DNA from: a virus
Virus record (IMG/VR): IMGVR_UViG_3300043410_001471
Span: 1 to 64,000 of that record
DNA: 64,000 nucleotides
Reading direction: 5' to 3' (one strand)
In this document: piece after piece, positions 1 to 8,615 of the stretch
Layout of the letters: the number at the start of each line of letters is the position of its first letter
Position numbering within the stretch: position 1 is the stretch's first letter
Position numbers and translations under genes: made by a program
The notes under the pieces: generated by a model
Database searches by the model: none
Seen by the model: only the letters and a program-made list of their open reading frames with translations
What the model was told of the DNA's origin: nothing

Positions 1-54
1 TGGGCTAAGTAAGATACAATTCCGTACTGCGGGGAGTAGAATGCTTGAGATTAT

Positions 55-126
55 TGCCCGATGGTGTAGCGGTAGCACAAATGTTTTTGGTGCATTTAGG
101 GTTGGTTCGAATCCAGCTCGGGTAAC
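55..126 (+). tRNA. tRNA-Gln (anticodon TTG)
   Basis: Hand-folded cloverleaf: acceptor TGCCCGA/TCGGGTA, anticodon stem AATGT/GCATT with loop TTTTGGT, T arm GTTGG-TTCGAAT-CCAGC. Confidence 0.6.
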
Positions 127-147
127 AATTAAACCATTATTTTGCTA

Positions 148-186
148 AAAACCTCATGTTTTATTTGGAAATGTGAGGTTTTTTTC
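148..186 (+). terminator. putative intrinsic terminator after the tRNA
   Basis: ACCTCA...TGAGGT inverted repeat followed by a T7 run; the loop is long, so this is weak. Confidence 0.3.
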
Positions 187-195
187 GTATATTTG
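165..195 (+). promoter_or_regulatory. Bacteroidota-type promoter (-33 TTTG, -7 TATATTTG)
   Basis: TTTG at 165-168 and TATATTTG at 188-195 with 19-bp spacing; start codon 19 nt downstream. Confidence 0.45.
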
Positions 196-213
196 AGTAT
201 AAAATTTGAAACA

Positions 214-813
214 ATGATAAACAATATAGAACTTATTAAACCATTATTAAACTTTGAAAGTGTAGGTGATTTCTATATGCTATATATTTTCAAGCGTAAG
301 AAAGACCAAACTACCGATAAAGCAAATCATCAATCGGTGAGAACAATCAAAACTTATTGTATTGAAAGTATCGAAGAATTGGAATCTCGTTATGATGAGA
401 TTATTCAGTTGTGTGAGATGTTTAAAGCAAGAGCATACATTCACATTCAGAAACAAAACCATAAAGATGTTGCGATGAATATGATTACTGAAATTGTAAC
501 TCGTATCCAATCGGGTCAAATCAATCAAAAGCATGTGTTCGATTCGGTAGTTGGGCAATTGAAAACGAATGAGAAACGATGGATTGTGGATATTGATACA
601 ACCAATAGAGAAGAAATTATTAAAATTGATAAATTCATTACGGAATTAAGACCCGAAGGAAATAAAACGGAAGGTATAGTTCCAACTAAAAATGGAGTTC
701 ATCTTATCACAAAACGATTTGATGTAAAGGAATTTGAAACGCAATATCCTAACATTGATATCCAAAAGAAGAATCCAACATTATTGTATTATCCAAATAG
801 TTTAGATATATGA
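214..813 (+). CDS. hypothetical protein
   Basis: ORF 142..813 trimmed to the ATG (MINNIELIK) downstream of the promoter; the start context ATGATAAACAATAT recurs at 23072. Confidence 0.55.
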   Translation: MINNIELIKPLLNFESVGDFYMLYIFKRKKDQTTDKANHQSVRTIKTYCIESIEELESRYDEIIQLCEMFKARAYIHIQKQNHKDVAMNMITEIVTRIQSGQINQKHVFDSVVGQLKTNEKRWIVDIDTTNREEIIKIDKFITELRPEGNKTEGIVPTKNGVHLITKRFDVKEFETQYPNIDIQKKNPTLLYYPNSLDI

Positions 814-1463
814 AACTAACATTAGAAAGAGGACAAAGATTGTGGTTCACAAGTGATACTCACTACAATCACGCAAATATTTGTTCCGCCACAACAAAGT
901 GGACAGACCCGGTGACTTGTAGAGAGTTTAAAACATTAGAACATATGAACGCAACATTGGTAGGTAATATCAATGAAGTAGTTGGGCAAGATGATATTCT
1001 ATTTCATTTAGGTGATTGGAGTTTTGGTGGATTTGAACAAATTGAATTATTCAGAAATCAAATCATTTGTAAGAATGTTCATATCATTACAGGTAACCAT
1101 GACCACCACATTGAGAACAACAAAGAAGGGTGTCAATCACTTTTCAGTTCGGTAAACAAATACCTAAACTTAAATGTGAAGTGGAGAGTTGGAACTCCTT
1201 TAGCTGGAGAACAACGATTTGCCTTAATGCACTTTCCAATCGCAAGTTGGGATAATATGGCGAAGGGAGCAATTCACTTACATGGACATGTTCACTTTGA
1301 ACCGAGAATACGAGTTGGTAAAGGTAAGATGATGGATGTGGGAGTAGATGGTAACGGATTGTACCCAATTGAATTAAAAGATGTATTACGATTGATGGAT
1401 AGACAACCAATCAAAAGTATGTTTGAGTTTGACCATCACGAGATTGTAGAAAATTATAGATAA
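810..1463 (+). CDS. calcineurin-like metallophosphoesterase
   Basis: Motifs SDTHYNH, LGDWSFGG, GNHDHH, HGHVHF; ATGA overlap with the upstream gene. Confidence 0.8.
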   Translation: MKLTLERGQRLWFTSDTHYNHANICSATTKWTDPVTCREFKTLEHMNATLVGNINEVVGQDDILFHLGDWSFGGFEQIELFRNQIICKNVHIITGNHDHHIENNKEGCQSLFSSVNKYLNLNVKWRVGTPLAGEQRFALMHFPIASWDNMAKGAIHLHGHVHFEPRIRVGKGKMMDVGVDGNGLYPIELKDVLRLMDRQPIKSMFEFDHHEIVENYR

Positions 1464-1464
1464 A

Positions 1465-1677
1465 ATGGAAGATAAAAAAATAACAATTAAGGTATTCAAT
1501 TTCCCTTACATCCTATTTCAATTACCAACTGCAATGATTGGTTATACGATACATAAAAGTATTGGTTGGGCGATTATGGATTTCTTCTTTGCTCCACTTG
1601 CTTGGTGTAAGTGGTTGATTATGCAAGAAGTGAATATGAGTATTATCAAAGAAACATTTAATTTCTTTTTAAAATAG
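1465..1677 (+). CDS. small hydrophobic hypothetical protein
   Basis: 70-aa ORF tightly packed between neighbouring genes. Confidence 0.4.
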   Translation: MEDKKITIKVFNFPYILFQLPTAMIGYTIHKSIGWAIMDFFFAPLAWCKWLIMQEVNMSIIKETFNFFLK

Positions 1678-1682
1678 AATTT

Positions 1683-2096
1683 ATGAAAAATTTAATATTA
1701 TTAAGAGGATTGCCAGGTAGTGGTAAATCTACATTCGCTAAAACTATGTGGAGTGAATTGGTAGTTTGTGAAGCCGATGATTATTTCATAGATGAAGAAA
1801 CTGGCGAATATAAATTCAATGCAAGGGATTTACCTAAAGCACATAATTGGTGTAGATTTAGAGTAGAAACCTTTATGAAGGATAATCAGATGAATGACCA
1901 ATTCTATCCAAACATCGTAGTATCAAATACATTCACTCAATATTGGGAAATGGATGAATATTATGAATTGGCTAAAAAGTATGGTTATACAGTTTATTCT
2001 TTAATCGTAGAGAATAGACATGGTGGTGTTAATCAACATGGAGTTCCTGCTGATAAGTTAGAACAAATGAAAAATAGATTTGAAGTAAAGTTATGA
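1683..2096 (+). CDS. P-loop kinase, polynucleotide-kinase-like
   Basis: N-terminal Walker A LLRGLPGSGKST; its size and position beside an RNA ligase resemble the kinase module of Pnk-type healing enzymes. Confidence 0.55.
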   Translation: MKNLILLRGLPGSGKSTFAKTMWSELVVCEADDYFIDEETGEYKFNARDLPKAHNWCRFRVETFMKDNQMNDQFYPNIVVSNTFTQYWEMDEYYELAKKYGYTVYSLIVENRHGGVNQHGVPADKLEQMKNRFEVKL

Positions 2097-2386
2097 CACA
2101 ACAAGAATTTAATACAAAATACAAACAATACATACCAGAAGGTTGGGGTGGATTGGAATTCGATATACCAGAAGTTACTGATTACTTGGATAGTATTATG
2201 GATTATGGATTGGTTAATCTACCTGATTTCAAATTACATCAAATCAAATTAAAGTTTGGTATGAATCGATTCTATTTTGAAACATCAATGGAAAATAAAA
2301 AGCTAGAAGCAATTATTGAATTTGGAATAGAGCAACAAGTGAATAATATATTAATGAAAATATTAAAAGATGGAAAATTTAAATAG
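2093..2386 (+). CDS. hypothetical protein
   Basis: 97-aa ORF overlapping both neighbours by 4 and 17 nt. Confidence 0.5.
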   Translation: MTQQEFNTKYKQYIPEGWGGLEFDIPEVTDYLDSIMDYGLVNLPDFKLHQIKLKFGMNRFYFETSMENKKLEAIIEFGIEQQVNNILMKILKDGKFK

Positions 2387-3527
2387 CGTATGTTTCGTAG
2401 CAGAAGTTACGGAAATCAAAGAAATCGTAGGAGCTGATAACATTGAACAAGCCGTAGTAGGTGGTTGGAGTTGTATCGTAAAGAAAGGAGTTCATAAAGT
2501 TGGTGAAACAGTCGTATGTGCAACTACCGATGCAGTTATTCCATTTGAATTATCTGAAAAATTGGGAGTAACCAATTATTTGAGAAATGGTGGTAGAGTT
2601 AGGACTGTAAAGTTAAGAGGTGTATATTCAGAATGTTTGATTATCGATTTTGATAACTTACCTCAAATGAAAAAACAATTTACCAAAGGTATTGGGTATT
2701 ATTGGGAAAATGGTGAAGATGTAATGGAGTTATTGGGTATCTTCAAATATGAACCACCGGTTAAGCAAATTCAATTAGCAAGTGGTAGAAAGATTCGTTA
2801 TCAAGACAATCCTAATTTCCACGTTTACTATAAGTTCCCTAACTTAAAGAATGTGCCAGGATTGTTTACCGAAGAGGACACAGTTGAAATCACTCGTAAG
2901 ATTCACGGAACAAATGCCCGTTATGGTATTGTTAAGAAAAACAAATTATCATTGTGGGATAAGGTGAAGAAATTCTTACGATTGGCAGACAAGTGGGTTG
3001 AATATGAATTCGTAGTTGGTTCACATAATGTTGAAAAGGGTTCGGATTCACAAGGTTTTTATGATACGAATGTTTGGTATGAAATCGAAAAGAAATATGA
3101 CATCAAAAACAAATTATGGGATTATGTGAAAGATGAATTGTATGATGTTGAAATTGGTGATGGTATTACCTTATATGGTGAGATTTACGGAGCTGGAATT
3201 CAAAAGGGATATGATTATGGGTTGAAGGAGATTGAGTTCGTAGGATTCGATGCAAAAGAGAATGGTGAGTATTTGAGTACAATCAATTCAAAGTTGTTAT
3301 TCAGAGATATGTTAAAATTACCATATGTTGAGGAATTGTATTATGGTAATTGGTCACAATCAGTACAAGATAAATTTGTATTCAATAACTTCATTGAAGG
3401 AACTAAAGTACCACATGAAGGTATTGTAATCAAACATCAAACAGGCGAAAGACAAAAGATTGCTAAAGTAATCAACCCTGATTATTTAATCTATGGTGAG
3501 AAGCATGATATTGGAGATTCACATTAA
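2370..3527 (+). CDS. ATP-dependent RNA ligase (Rnl2-like nucleotidyltransferase)
   Basis: Motif I KIHGTNAR (lysine-adenylate site, very close to T4 Rnl2 KIHGTN), motif IV EIYGAGIQKGY, motif V EGIVIK. Confidence 0.75.
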   Translation: MENLNSVCFVAEVTEIKEIVGADNIEQAVVGGWSCIVKKGVHKVGETVVCATTDAVIPFELSEKLGVTNYLRNGGRVRTVKLRGVYSECLIIDFDNLPQMKKQFTKGIGYYWENGEDVMELLGIFKYEPPVKQIQLASGRKIRYQDNPNFHVYYKFPNLKNVPGLFTEEDTVEITRKIHGTNARYGIVKKNKLSLWDKVKKFLRLADKWVEYEFVVGSHNVEKGSDSQGFYDTNVWYEIEKKYDIKNKLWDYVKDELYDVEIGDGITLYGEIYGAGIQKGYDYGLKEIEFVGFDAKENGEYLSTINSKLLFRDMLKLPYVEELYYGNWSQSVQDKFVFNNFIEGTKVPHEGIVIKHQTGERQKIAKVINPDYLIYGEKHDIGDSH

Positions 3528-3537
3528 AAAATAAGTT

Positions 3538-3873
3538 ATGGAAAAAAAATTAGGAAAGATTCAATCAGTTAAATTCGGACATGGTGGGTATCAGGATGCC
3601 TGCATAGGTTTATCGGTTACATTGGGAAATACCGGATGGGGTGTTGGTGATTTCAAAGGTACATGGGACCCGGAAATGGTTAAACGAAGTGATTATACTA
3701 AATGGGAAGAAGAGGATAGAATCAAAGGTTTCGATGAAACAATGCGATTGGTATCAAAGTTGCTAAAAGAAGCAAAGGTAAATAGCGTTGATAAATTAAA
3801 AGATGTGCCAGTAGAAGTTACCTTTAATGGCAATATGCTAGAAGAATGGAGAATTTTAACTGAAGTATTATGA
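3538..3873 (+). CDS. hypothetical protein
   Basis: 111-aa ORF in the operon. Confidence 0.55.
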   Translation: MEKKLGKIQSVKFGHGGYQDACIGLSVTLGNTGWGVGDFKGTWDPEMVKRSDYTKWEEEDRIKGFDETMRLVSKLLKEAKVNSVDKLKDVPVEVTFNGNMLEEWRILTEVL

Positions 3874-4121
3874 TAAAGGAAATTTGGAAATATAGATTTA
3901 ACTATGCTATTGAGATGCCAAAGGAGGCAAAAGTTCTTGCAATTCAAAAGCAGGATGGCGAACCAACTATATGGGCATTAGTTAATCCTAATAATGAGTT
4001 GGAAATTAGAAATTTCAGAATCGTTGGCACTGGTAACCCATTCGATGATACCGATTATACTTACATTGGAACATTTCAGGATGGACCATTTGTTTGGCAT
4101 TTATTTGAAATTATAAAATAA
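3870..4121 (+). CDS. hypothetical protein
   Basis: 83-aa ORF with ATGA overlap. Confidence 0.5.
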   Translation: MIKEIWKYRFNYAIEMPKEAKVLAIQKQDGEPTIWALVNPNNELEIRNFRIVGTGNPFDDTDYTYIGTFQDGPFVWHLFEIIK

Positions 4122-4174
4122 ATTTGGAAAATTAAAAAATAAGTAGTATATTTGTATAAATAAAATTTAAAACG

Positions 4175-4603
4175 ATGAATGTTAAACAAGCACTAAAGCA
4201 AAAAAACAAATTGGTTACTGATTTAAAAGCTCAATATGAGATTTTGAAAAAGTATAATTCAATTGAGGAAGGTAATCCTCGTAGATATTCAATGAATGAT
4301 ACATTGGATAAAATTCAAACTTTATCTAATGAATTAGTAGAGTTGAAAGCAAAAATCCATAAAGCAAACCAACCGGTATATGCTCAAATCTTTCAATTGG
4401 CTGAATTAAAAGGTCAAATTAAGGAATTAAAGAAAGTTCCAACCGATGAAGGTAAGCAAACGGAAAGATATGGTAGTGTTGCTTCAGTAAAAGAAGTTGA
4501 ATTGACGGTTGTAAATATCAATTCAATCATTGAAAATCTGCAAGAAATTGTAGAAGAGTTACAAAATGAATTGGATATTCATAATTCGAATACCCAAATC
4601 TAA
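4175..4603 (+). CDS. hypothetical coiled-coil protein
   Basis: 142-aa ORF preceded by a TATATTTG -7 box at about 4150. Confidence 0.55.
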   Translation: MNVKQALKQKNKLVTDLKAQYEILKKYNSIEEGNPRRYSMNDTLDKIQTLSNELVELKAKIHKANQPVYAQIFQLAELKGQIKELKKVPTDEGKQTERYGSVASVKEVELTVVNINSIIENLQEIVEELQNELDIHNSNTQI

Positions 4604-4837
4604 AAATATTGAGTGAGTGGGGTTTGAAAACATTTAATTAGTTTATTCTTACAATTCTACTATGATACCAAATAGCGGATGAACGAATAAGATAATGAAT
4701 AATTAACAAACTTCAACAATATTAGGGTCACTTGTCGCGTAATTTCAAAACACTCAAACCTCTTTGAAACCGAATAACCTTTTTAATTGGATTCATTCCT
4801 CACAAACTCAAATTATTAAAAGAGTAAAATTTAAAAT

Positions 4838-5065
4838 ATGAACGCATTAATCGTTTATTACATTGTATGTATTATCTATTGTTTCTATCAGTTAAATAAA
4901 AAATATAAGAATAGAGGAGTAGATTATGGAACATCGCCAGAGTTAGATTCAATTATGGTATTGGTTATGGCATGGGTATTAGCACCTATTGATGTATCTA
5001 TTACTTGGATTAGAATGGTAAAGGAAGCTGAAGAAGCAAAAAGAAGAAATAGTAATATCTATTAA
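4838..5065 (+). CDS. small membrane protein
   Basis: 75-aa ORF with a hydrophobic N-terminus and a basic C-terminus. Confidence 0.4.
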   Translation: MNALIVYYIVCIIYCFYQLNKKYKNRGVDYGTSPELDSIMVLVMAWVLAPIDVSITWIRMVKEAEEAKRRNSNIY

Positions 5066-5071
5066 GATAAA

Positions 5072-5157
5072 GGAAGGGTGGCAGAGTTGGTCTATCGCGC
5101 TTGACTTGAAATCAAGTGACTGTAACAGGTCCGTGGGTTCGAATCCTACCCCTTCCG
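5072..5157 (+). tRNA. tRNA-Ser (anticodon TGA), type II
   Basis: Acceptor GGAAGGG/CCCTTCC, anticodon arm CTTGA-CTTGAAA-TCAAG, long variable arm, T arm GTGGG-TTCGAAT-CCTAC. Confidence 0.8.
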
Positions 5158-5162
5158 CAAAT

Positions 5163-5315
5163 TGTGGTGTGTTGAAATTGGCAGACAAGCCCTCCTGTCT
5201 CGGGGGTAGTGAGAACGAAATAGGTGAGTAATATGGGGTAGACCACCAGCCGGCCGGCGAAAGTGTTACTTACTGAATCGCACTATGGATGGTTCGAATC
5301 CTCCCACCACAGCCA
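5163..5315 (+). ncRNA. tRNA-like element with an ~80-nt insertion (tRNA-Asp GTC-like 5' half, encoded CCA)
   Basis: Perfect 7-bp acceptor TGTGGTG/CACCACA, then G-CCA. D arm and anticodon arm (CCCTC-CTGTCTC-GGGGG) fold. The T arm (GATGG-TTCGAAT-CCTCC) is imperfect and separated from the anticodon arm by an 81-nt insert containing the GCCGGCCGGC palindrome. Confidence 0.4.
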
Positions 5316-5328
5316 TTTTTATAAAGTT

Positions 5329-6006
5329 ATGAATAAAACAAAAGACAAAATTCTTTTTCAATTAGATGACTGGGTTTCCGATAAAGGAAATGGTGGCTAT
5401 GTACCAATTGATTTTAGCCCATATCCGGCAATTCATAATAACTTTTTAAATGAAGAAGTTGGTATTCAGCAAAATAGAGAGGAATTGGAAAAATTCATAG
5501 ATGTTCTATTACAATCCAATGGCGGAGTTTGTTTAGAAATTGGTTTAGGATTTTTTGGAAGTACTCATTTTCTTTGGAGGCAAATTTACAATAGAGTGAT
5601 TACAATCGAAAAGAACTTTGAAAGAATCAGAGAGTTTGGTCGTAATATGAAAAAATTCTATGGAGATTGGGTATTGGATGATGGTAAATCCCAATTTTTT
5701 ATTGGATATTCTAATAACGAAAAGGTAATAGCCGATGTCTACAAAAATATATCAGAAATTGATTTCTTATTTATAGATGGCAATCATTCATATGAATCGG
5801 TATTATGTGATTTCTTATTATACTACCCATTGGTGAAAAAGGGTGGAATTATTGGATTTCACGATACGGCATTATCGGAAGATAATATGGGAGTTCCACA
5901 ATTGATAGCTGAAATTAGAACTGGAAAATATACCAACGGACAACGAATCGATATCAAAGATATTGTTGAAAACAAATGGTCTGGTATTAGTTATTTTTAC
6001 AAATAA
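5329..6006 (+). CDS. class I SAM-dependent methyltransferase
   Basis: Motif I LEIGLGFFGS and LFIDGNHSYE...GGIIGFHD (CmcI/TylF-like). ORF 5263..6006 trimmed to the ATG at 5329 because its GTG-initiated N-terminus overlaps the tRNA-like element. Confidence 0.65.
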   Translation: MNKTKDKILFQLDDWVSDKGNGGYVPIDFSPYPAIHNNFLNEEVGIQQNREELEKFIDVLLQSNGGVCLEIGLGFFGSTHFLWRQIYNRVITIEKNFERIREFGRNMKKFYGDWVLDDGKSQFFIGYSNNEKVIADVYKNISEIDFLFIDGNHSYESVLCDFLLYYPLVKKGGIIGFHDTALSEDNMGVPQLIAEIRTGKYTNGQRIDIKDIVENKWSGISYFYK

Positions 6007-6058
6007 TTTGGAAATATGAAATATTTATAGTATCTTTATATTCATAAATAAAAATAAT

Positions 6059-6337
6059 ATGGCTGAATTTAGTAAACAATATTGTGAAATCTATGATTTT
6101 GATTTTCCTTGGGATTTTGATATCGAAGAAGAAGCAGCTAACATACCTAAAGGACACTATAAACCAATCATATGTGAAGGATTTGGTTTTAGCGGAATCG
6201 GTGTTAGAATGAGCGGTGAGATTGAATTATTGTTTAGAGATTATTTAGATGAAGATGATGCAGAAGTTGGTTCTTATAAACAGGTTGATTACAACAAATT
6301 TATTCAAAATCATCGATTAAAATCACAAGGAATCTAA
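6059..6337 (+). CDS. hypothetical acidic protein
   Basis: 92-aa ORF. Confidence 0.5.
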   Translation: MAEFSKQYCEIYDFDFPWDFDIEEEAANIPKGHYKPIICEGFGFSGIGVRMSGEIELLFRDYLDEDDAEVGSYKQVDYNKFIQNHRLKSQGI

Positions 6338-6338
6338 T

Positions 6339-6506
6339 ATGGGAAAATTCTATGAGGATTTAGATACTCTTAATGAGTTAGTAAAAAAATTAGATAAAAA
6401 GGATAAGTTAAGTGAATTCATTATCAGAGCAATCAGAAGAATGAAAGAAACTCCCGAAAAATCGGTATCAGATGTCATCAAAGAAACAAAAAAAGAATTT
6501 AATTAA
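6339..6506 (+). CDS. small hypothetical protein (55 aa)
   Basis: ATG ORF MGKFYEDLDTLNEL... filling the gap; below the 60-aa cutoff of the ORF track. Confidence 0.3.
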   Translation: MGKFYEDLDTLNELVKKLDKKDKLSEFIIRAIRRMKETPEKSVSDVIKETKKEFN

Positions 6507-6708
6507 TCCAGGTCATTATTTAGAATTGATGGATAGAATTCATGTACTATGTTGTACATTGGATGAACATATATTAAATCACCCATTGGCAGAAAACGAG
6601 CCAGATATTCAAAACAAATTGGATATGGCATTAGAATTATTATTAGAAGCTTACCAAATAGTAGGTGATAAAGAAATAGGTTATGAAGAAGAGAATAACT
6701 CACATTAG
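6472..6708 (+). CDS. hypothetical protein (start uncertain, possibly 6529)
   Basis: 78-aa ORF overlapping the preceding small ORF. Confidence 0.35.
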   Translation: MSSKKQKKNLINPGHYLELMDRIHVLCCTLDEHILNHPLAENEPDIQNKLDMALELLLEAYQIVGDKEIGYEEENNSH

Positions 6709-7468
6709 TGATACACATAATAAACACAATCAATTAAATGGCAAATTGCCAGGCGGTGATATCCTTATTCATAGTGGGGATATTTCTTCTATTGGTAGAG
6801 AATCCGAAGTTAAACGATTTGTAAAATGGTTTAATGAAATTGATAACTATACTCATAAGATATTCATAGCAGGTAATCACGACTTAACATTTGAATCTGA
6901 AATTCTATTCAGAACCAAATCCGAATATTTTGATAGAGTTCAGTATGAAGGATTGGCATCAATAGGTAAACCACAATGGTTGGAAGTTTTATTAACATCC
7001 GATTTAAATCCAAATGTATTCTATTTGGAAAATTCATTCGTAGAGATAGACCAAATCAAAATATGGGGTTCACCATATTCAGCAACCTTTGGATATGGAT
7101 GGGCATTCAATGTGGATAGAGGACACGATTCTGCACAAATGTGGAATACTATACCTGATGATACCGATATGGTAATTACTCACGGACCTATTTACGGATA
7201 TTGTGATAAGACTCAAAACAATTATCAAAATGTAGGATGTGAGGATTTGTATCATAGATTACAGGAAGTAAAACCACACTTACACTTTGCCGGTCACATT
7301 CACGAAGCATATGGTTATGGAACTATACCTTACAAAGATGCATGGGGTGATATATACACATTCAATGGATGTAGTTGTAATTTAAGATATGAGGTTTATA
7401 ACAAACCAATTACATTTGATTACGATTTTGTTAGTAGAGAATTAAATTTTGTAGATGATGAAGCATAA
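6683..7468 (+). CDS. calcineurin-like metallophosphoesterase
   Basis: Motifs ISDTHNKH, HSGDIS, GNHD, ITHGP, GHIHEAYG. Confidence 0.75.
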   Translation: MKKRITHISDTHNKHNQLNGKLPGGDILIHSGDISSIGRESEVKRFVKWFNEIDNYTHKIFIAGNHDLTFESEILFRTKSEYFDRVQYEGLASIGKPQWLEVLLTSDLNPNVFYLENSFVEIDQIKIWGSPYSATFGYGWAFNVDRGHDSAQMWNTIPDDTDMVITHGPIYGYCDKTQNNYQNVGCEDLYHRLQEVKPHLHFAGHIHEAYGYGTIPYKDAWGDIYTFNGCSCNLRYEVYNKPITFDYDFVSRELNFVDDEA

Positions 7469-7871
7469 AATATATTTAGATGATGTAAGAACTCCATTGG
7501 ATAATGGTTGGACAATCGTAAGAAATTATGATGAGTTCGTAAGTACCATTATGTACATCGGATTGGAAAATATTGGATTGATTTCATTAGACCACGATTT
7601 AGGTGATACAGCAATGAAAGAGTGGCATACTAATGTTGCCAAAAACTTCACATTGAATTATGATAACATTACCGAAAAGACTGGTATGGATTGTACAAAA
7701 TGGTTGGTGAATCAATGGATGGATGGTCAGCCGGTAGTTGATGTAGTAGTACATTCAGCAAACGCAATTGGTTCAGCAAATATGATGGGATATATAAACA
7801 ATTATAGACACATTAACCACTTACCACAAAATTGTGTAAGGGTTAGAATTGAACATACAATAAAACAATAA
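7455..7871 (+). CDS. conserved hypothetical protein (YLDDVRTP...SLDHDLG motifs)
   Basis: 138-aa ORF; 14-nt overlap with the phosphoesterase suggests translational coupling. Confidence 0.55.
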   Translation: MMKHKIYLDDVRTPLDNGWTIVRNYDEFVSTIMYIGLENIGLISLDHDLGDTAMKEWHTNVAKNFTLNYDNITEKTGMDCTKWLVNQWMDGQPVVDVVVHSANAIGSANMMGYINNYRHINHLPQNCVRVRIEHTIKQ

Positions 7872-7990
7872 GTTATGGGTTGGGCAATTGGTGGTGCAAT
7901 ATATGGCATCATATTAGGATGGGTGGTATTTGAATTTTGGAGAGCTCCTCAATTGAATGAGAAGGGGCAAATTATTAAAAAAGGAAAAAA

Positions 7991-8614
7991 ATGAAAGTAA
8001 AATTTAAAGATACATTCTTTGAGAGTGTAGAGAAATTAGTTTGGTATGATACTAAACTATGGAAGGTATGGGACTTTATTAGATATGGTATCCCACGTTT
8101 CTTTGGAAACATTTGGAAATTCCGTAAGGAGTTATATTCACATGACTGGTATGATTATCGTTATACATTGGAAATGCTGCATCGTTCCCTAACTATTATG
8201 GTTGATAGATTGGAGAAAGATGGAATGGAAGTAGAATCCAGTAGAGGTAAGAAGGTTGCCAAAATCAAAAGAGCAATTCAATTGTTAGATAATAGATTAT
8301 CGGATAACTACATTGAGCAAGCTGAAAAGGAATTAGGTAATTTGATTATGCATGATTGGGAGTTTGAACCTACGGAGGATGGACACTATACATTAAAGGA
8401 TAATGAAACCAAAGAAGAGAAGGAACATAATAGAAAGGTATTCAAATTATCAGCTACAATTGATGATAGAGAATGGAGAGAGTTATGGAACATTTTCAAA
8501 GGACAATCCATATTAGATTATAAAAAACATTTAAAAACATTACCCAAAGAAGAACAAGCCAATGCATGGAATGATTGGTTCAATGGTTCTGATATGAGGG
8601 GATGGTGGGATTAA
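7991..8614 (+). CDS. hypothetical protein
   Basis: 207-aa ORF. Confidence 0.55.
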   Translation: MKVKFKDTFFESVEKLVWYDTKLWKVWDFIRYGIPRFFGNIWKFRKELYSHDWYDYRYTLEMLHRSLTIMVDRLEKDGMEVESSRGKKVAKIKRAIQLLDNRLSDNYIEQAEKELGNLIMHDWEFEPTEDGHYTLKDNETKEEKEHNRKVFKLSATIDDREWRELWNIFKGQSILDYKKHLKTLPKEEQANAWNDWFNGSDMRGWWD

Positions 8615-8615
8615 T

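Noticed and set aside
280-558. Minus-strand ORFs throughout the track (e.g. 280..558, 1144..1410, 11731..12021, 42817..43164, 44526..44756, 62181..62450)
   Set aside because: Every one lies inside a well-supported + strand gene and has a low-complexity or hydrophobic composition typical of antisense frames in AT-rich DNA. No minus-strand promoter or operon context was seen.
5163-5315. Group I or archaeal-type intron within the tRNA-like gene
   Set aside because: The 81-nt insert is far too short for a group I intron. It is not located in the anticodon loop, and no bulge-helix-bulge motif is evident. Kept only as an unexplained insertion.
5263-5328. N-terminal 22 residues of ORF 5263..6006
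   Set aside because: GTG-initiated extension that overlaps the tRNA-like element. The ATG at 5329 gives a clean start after the RNA gene.
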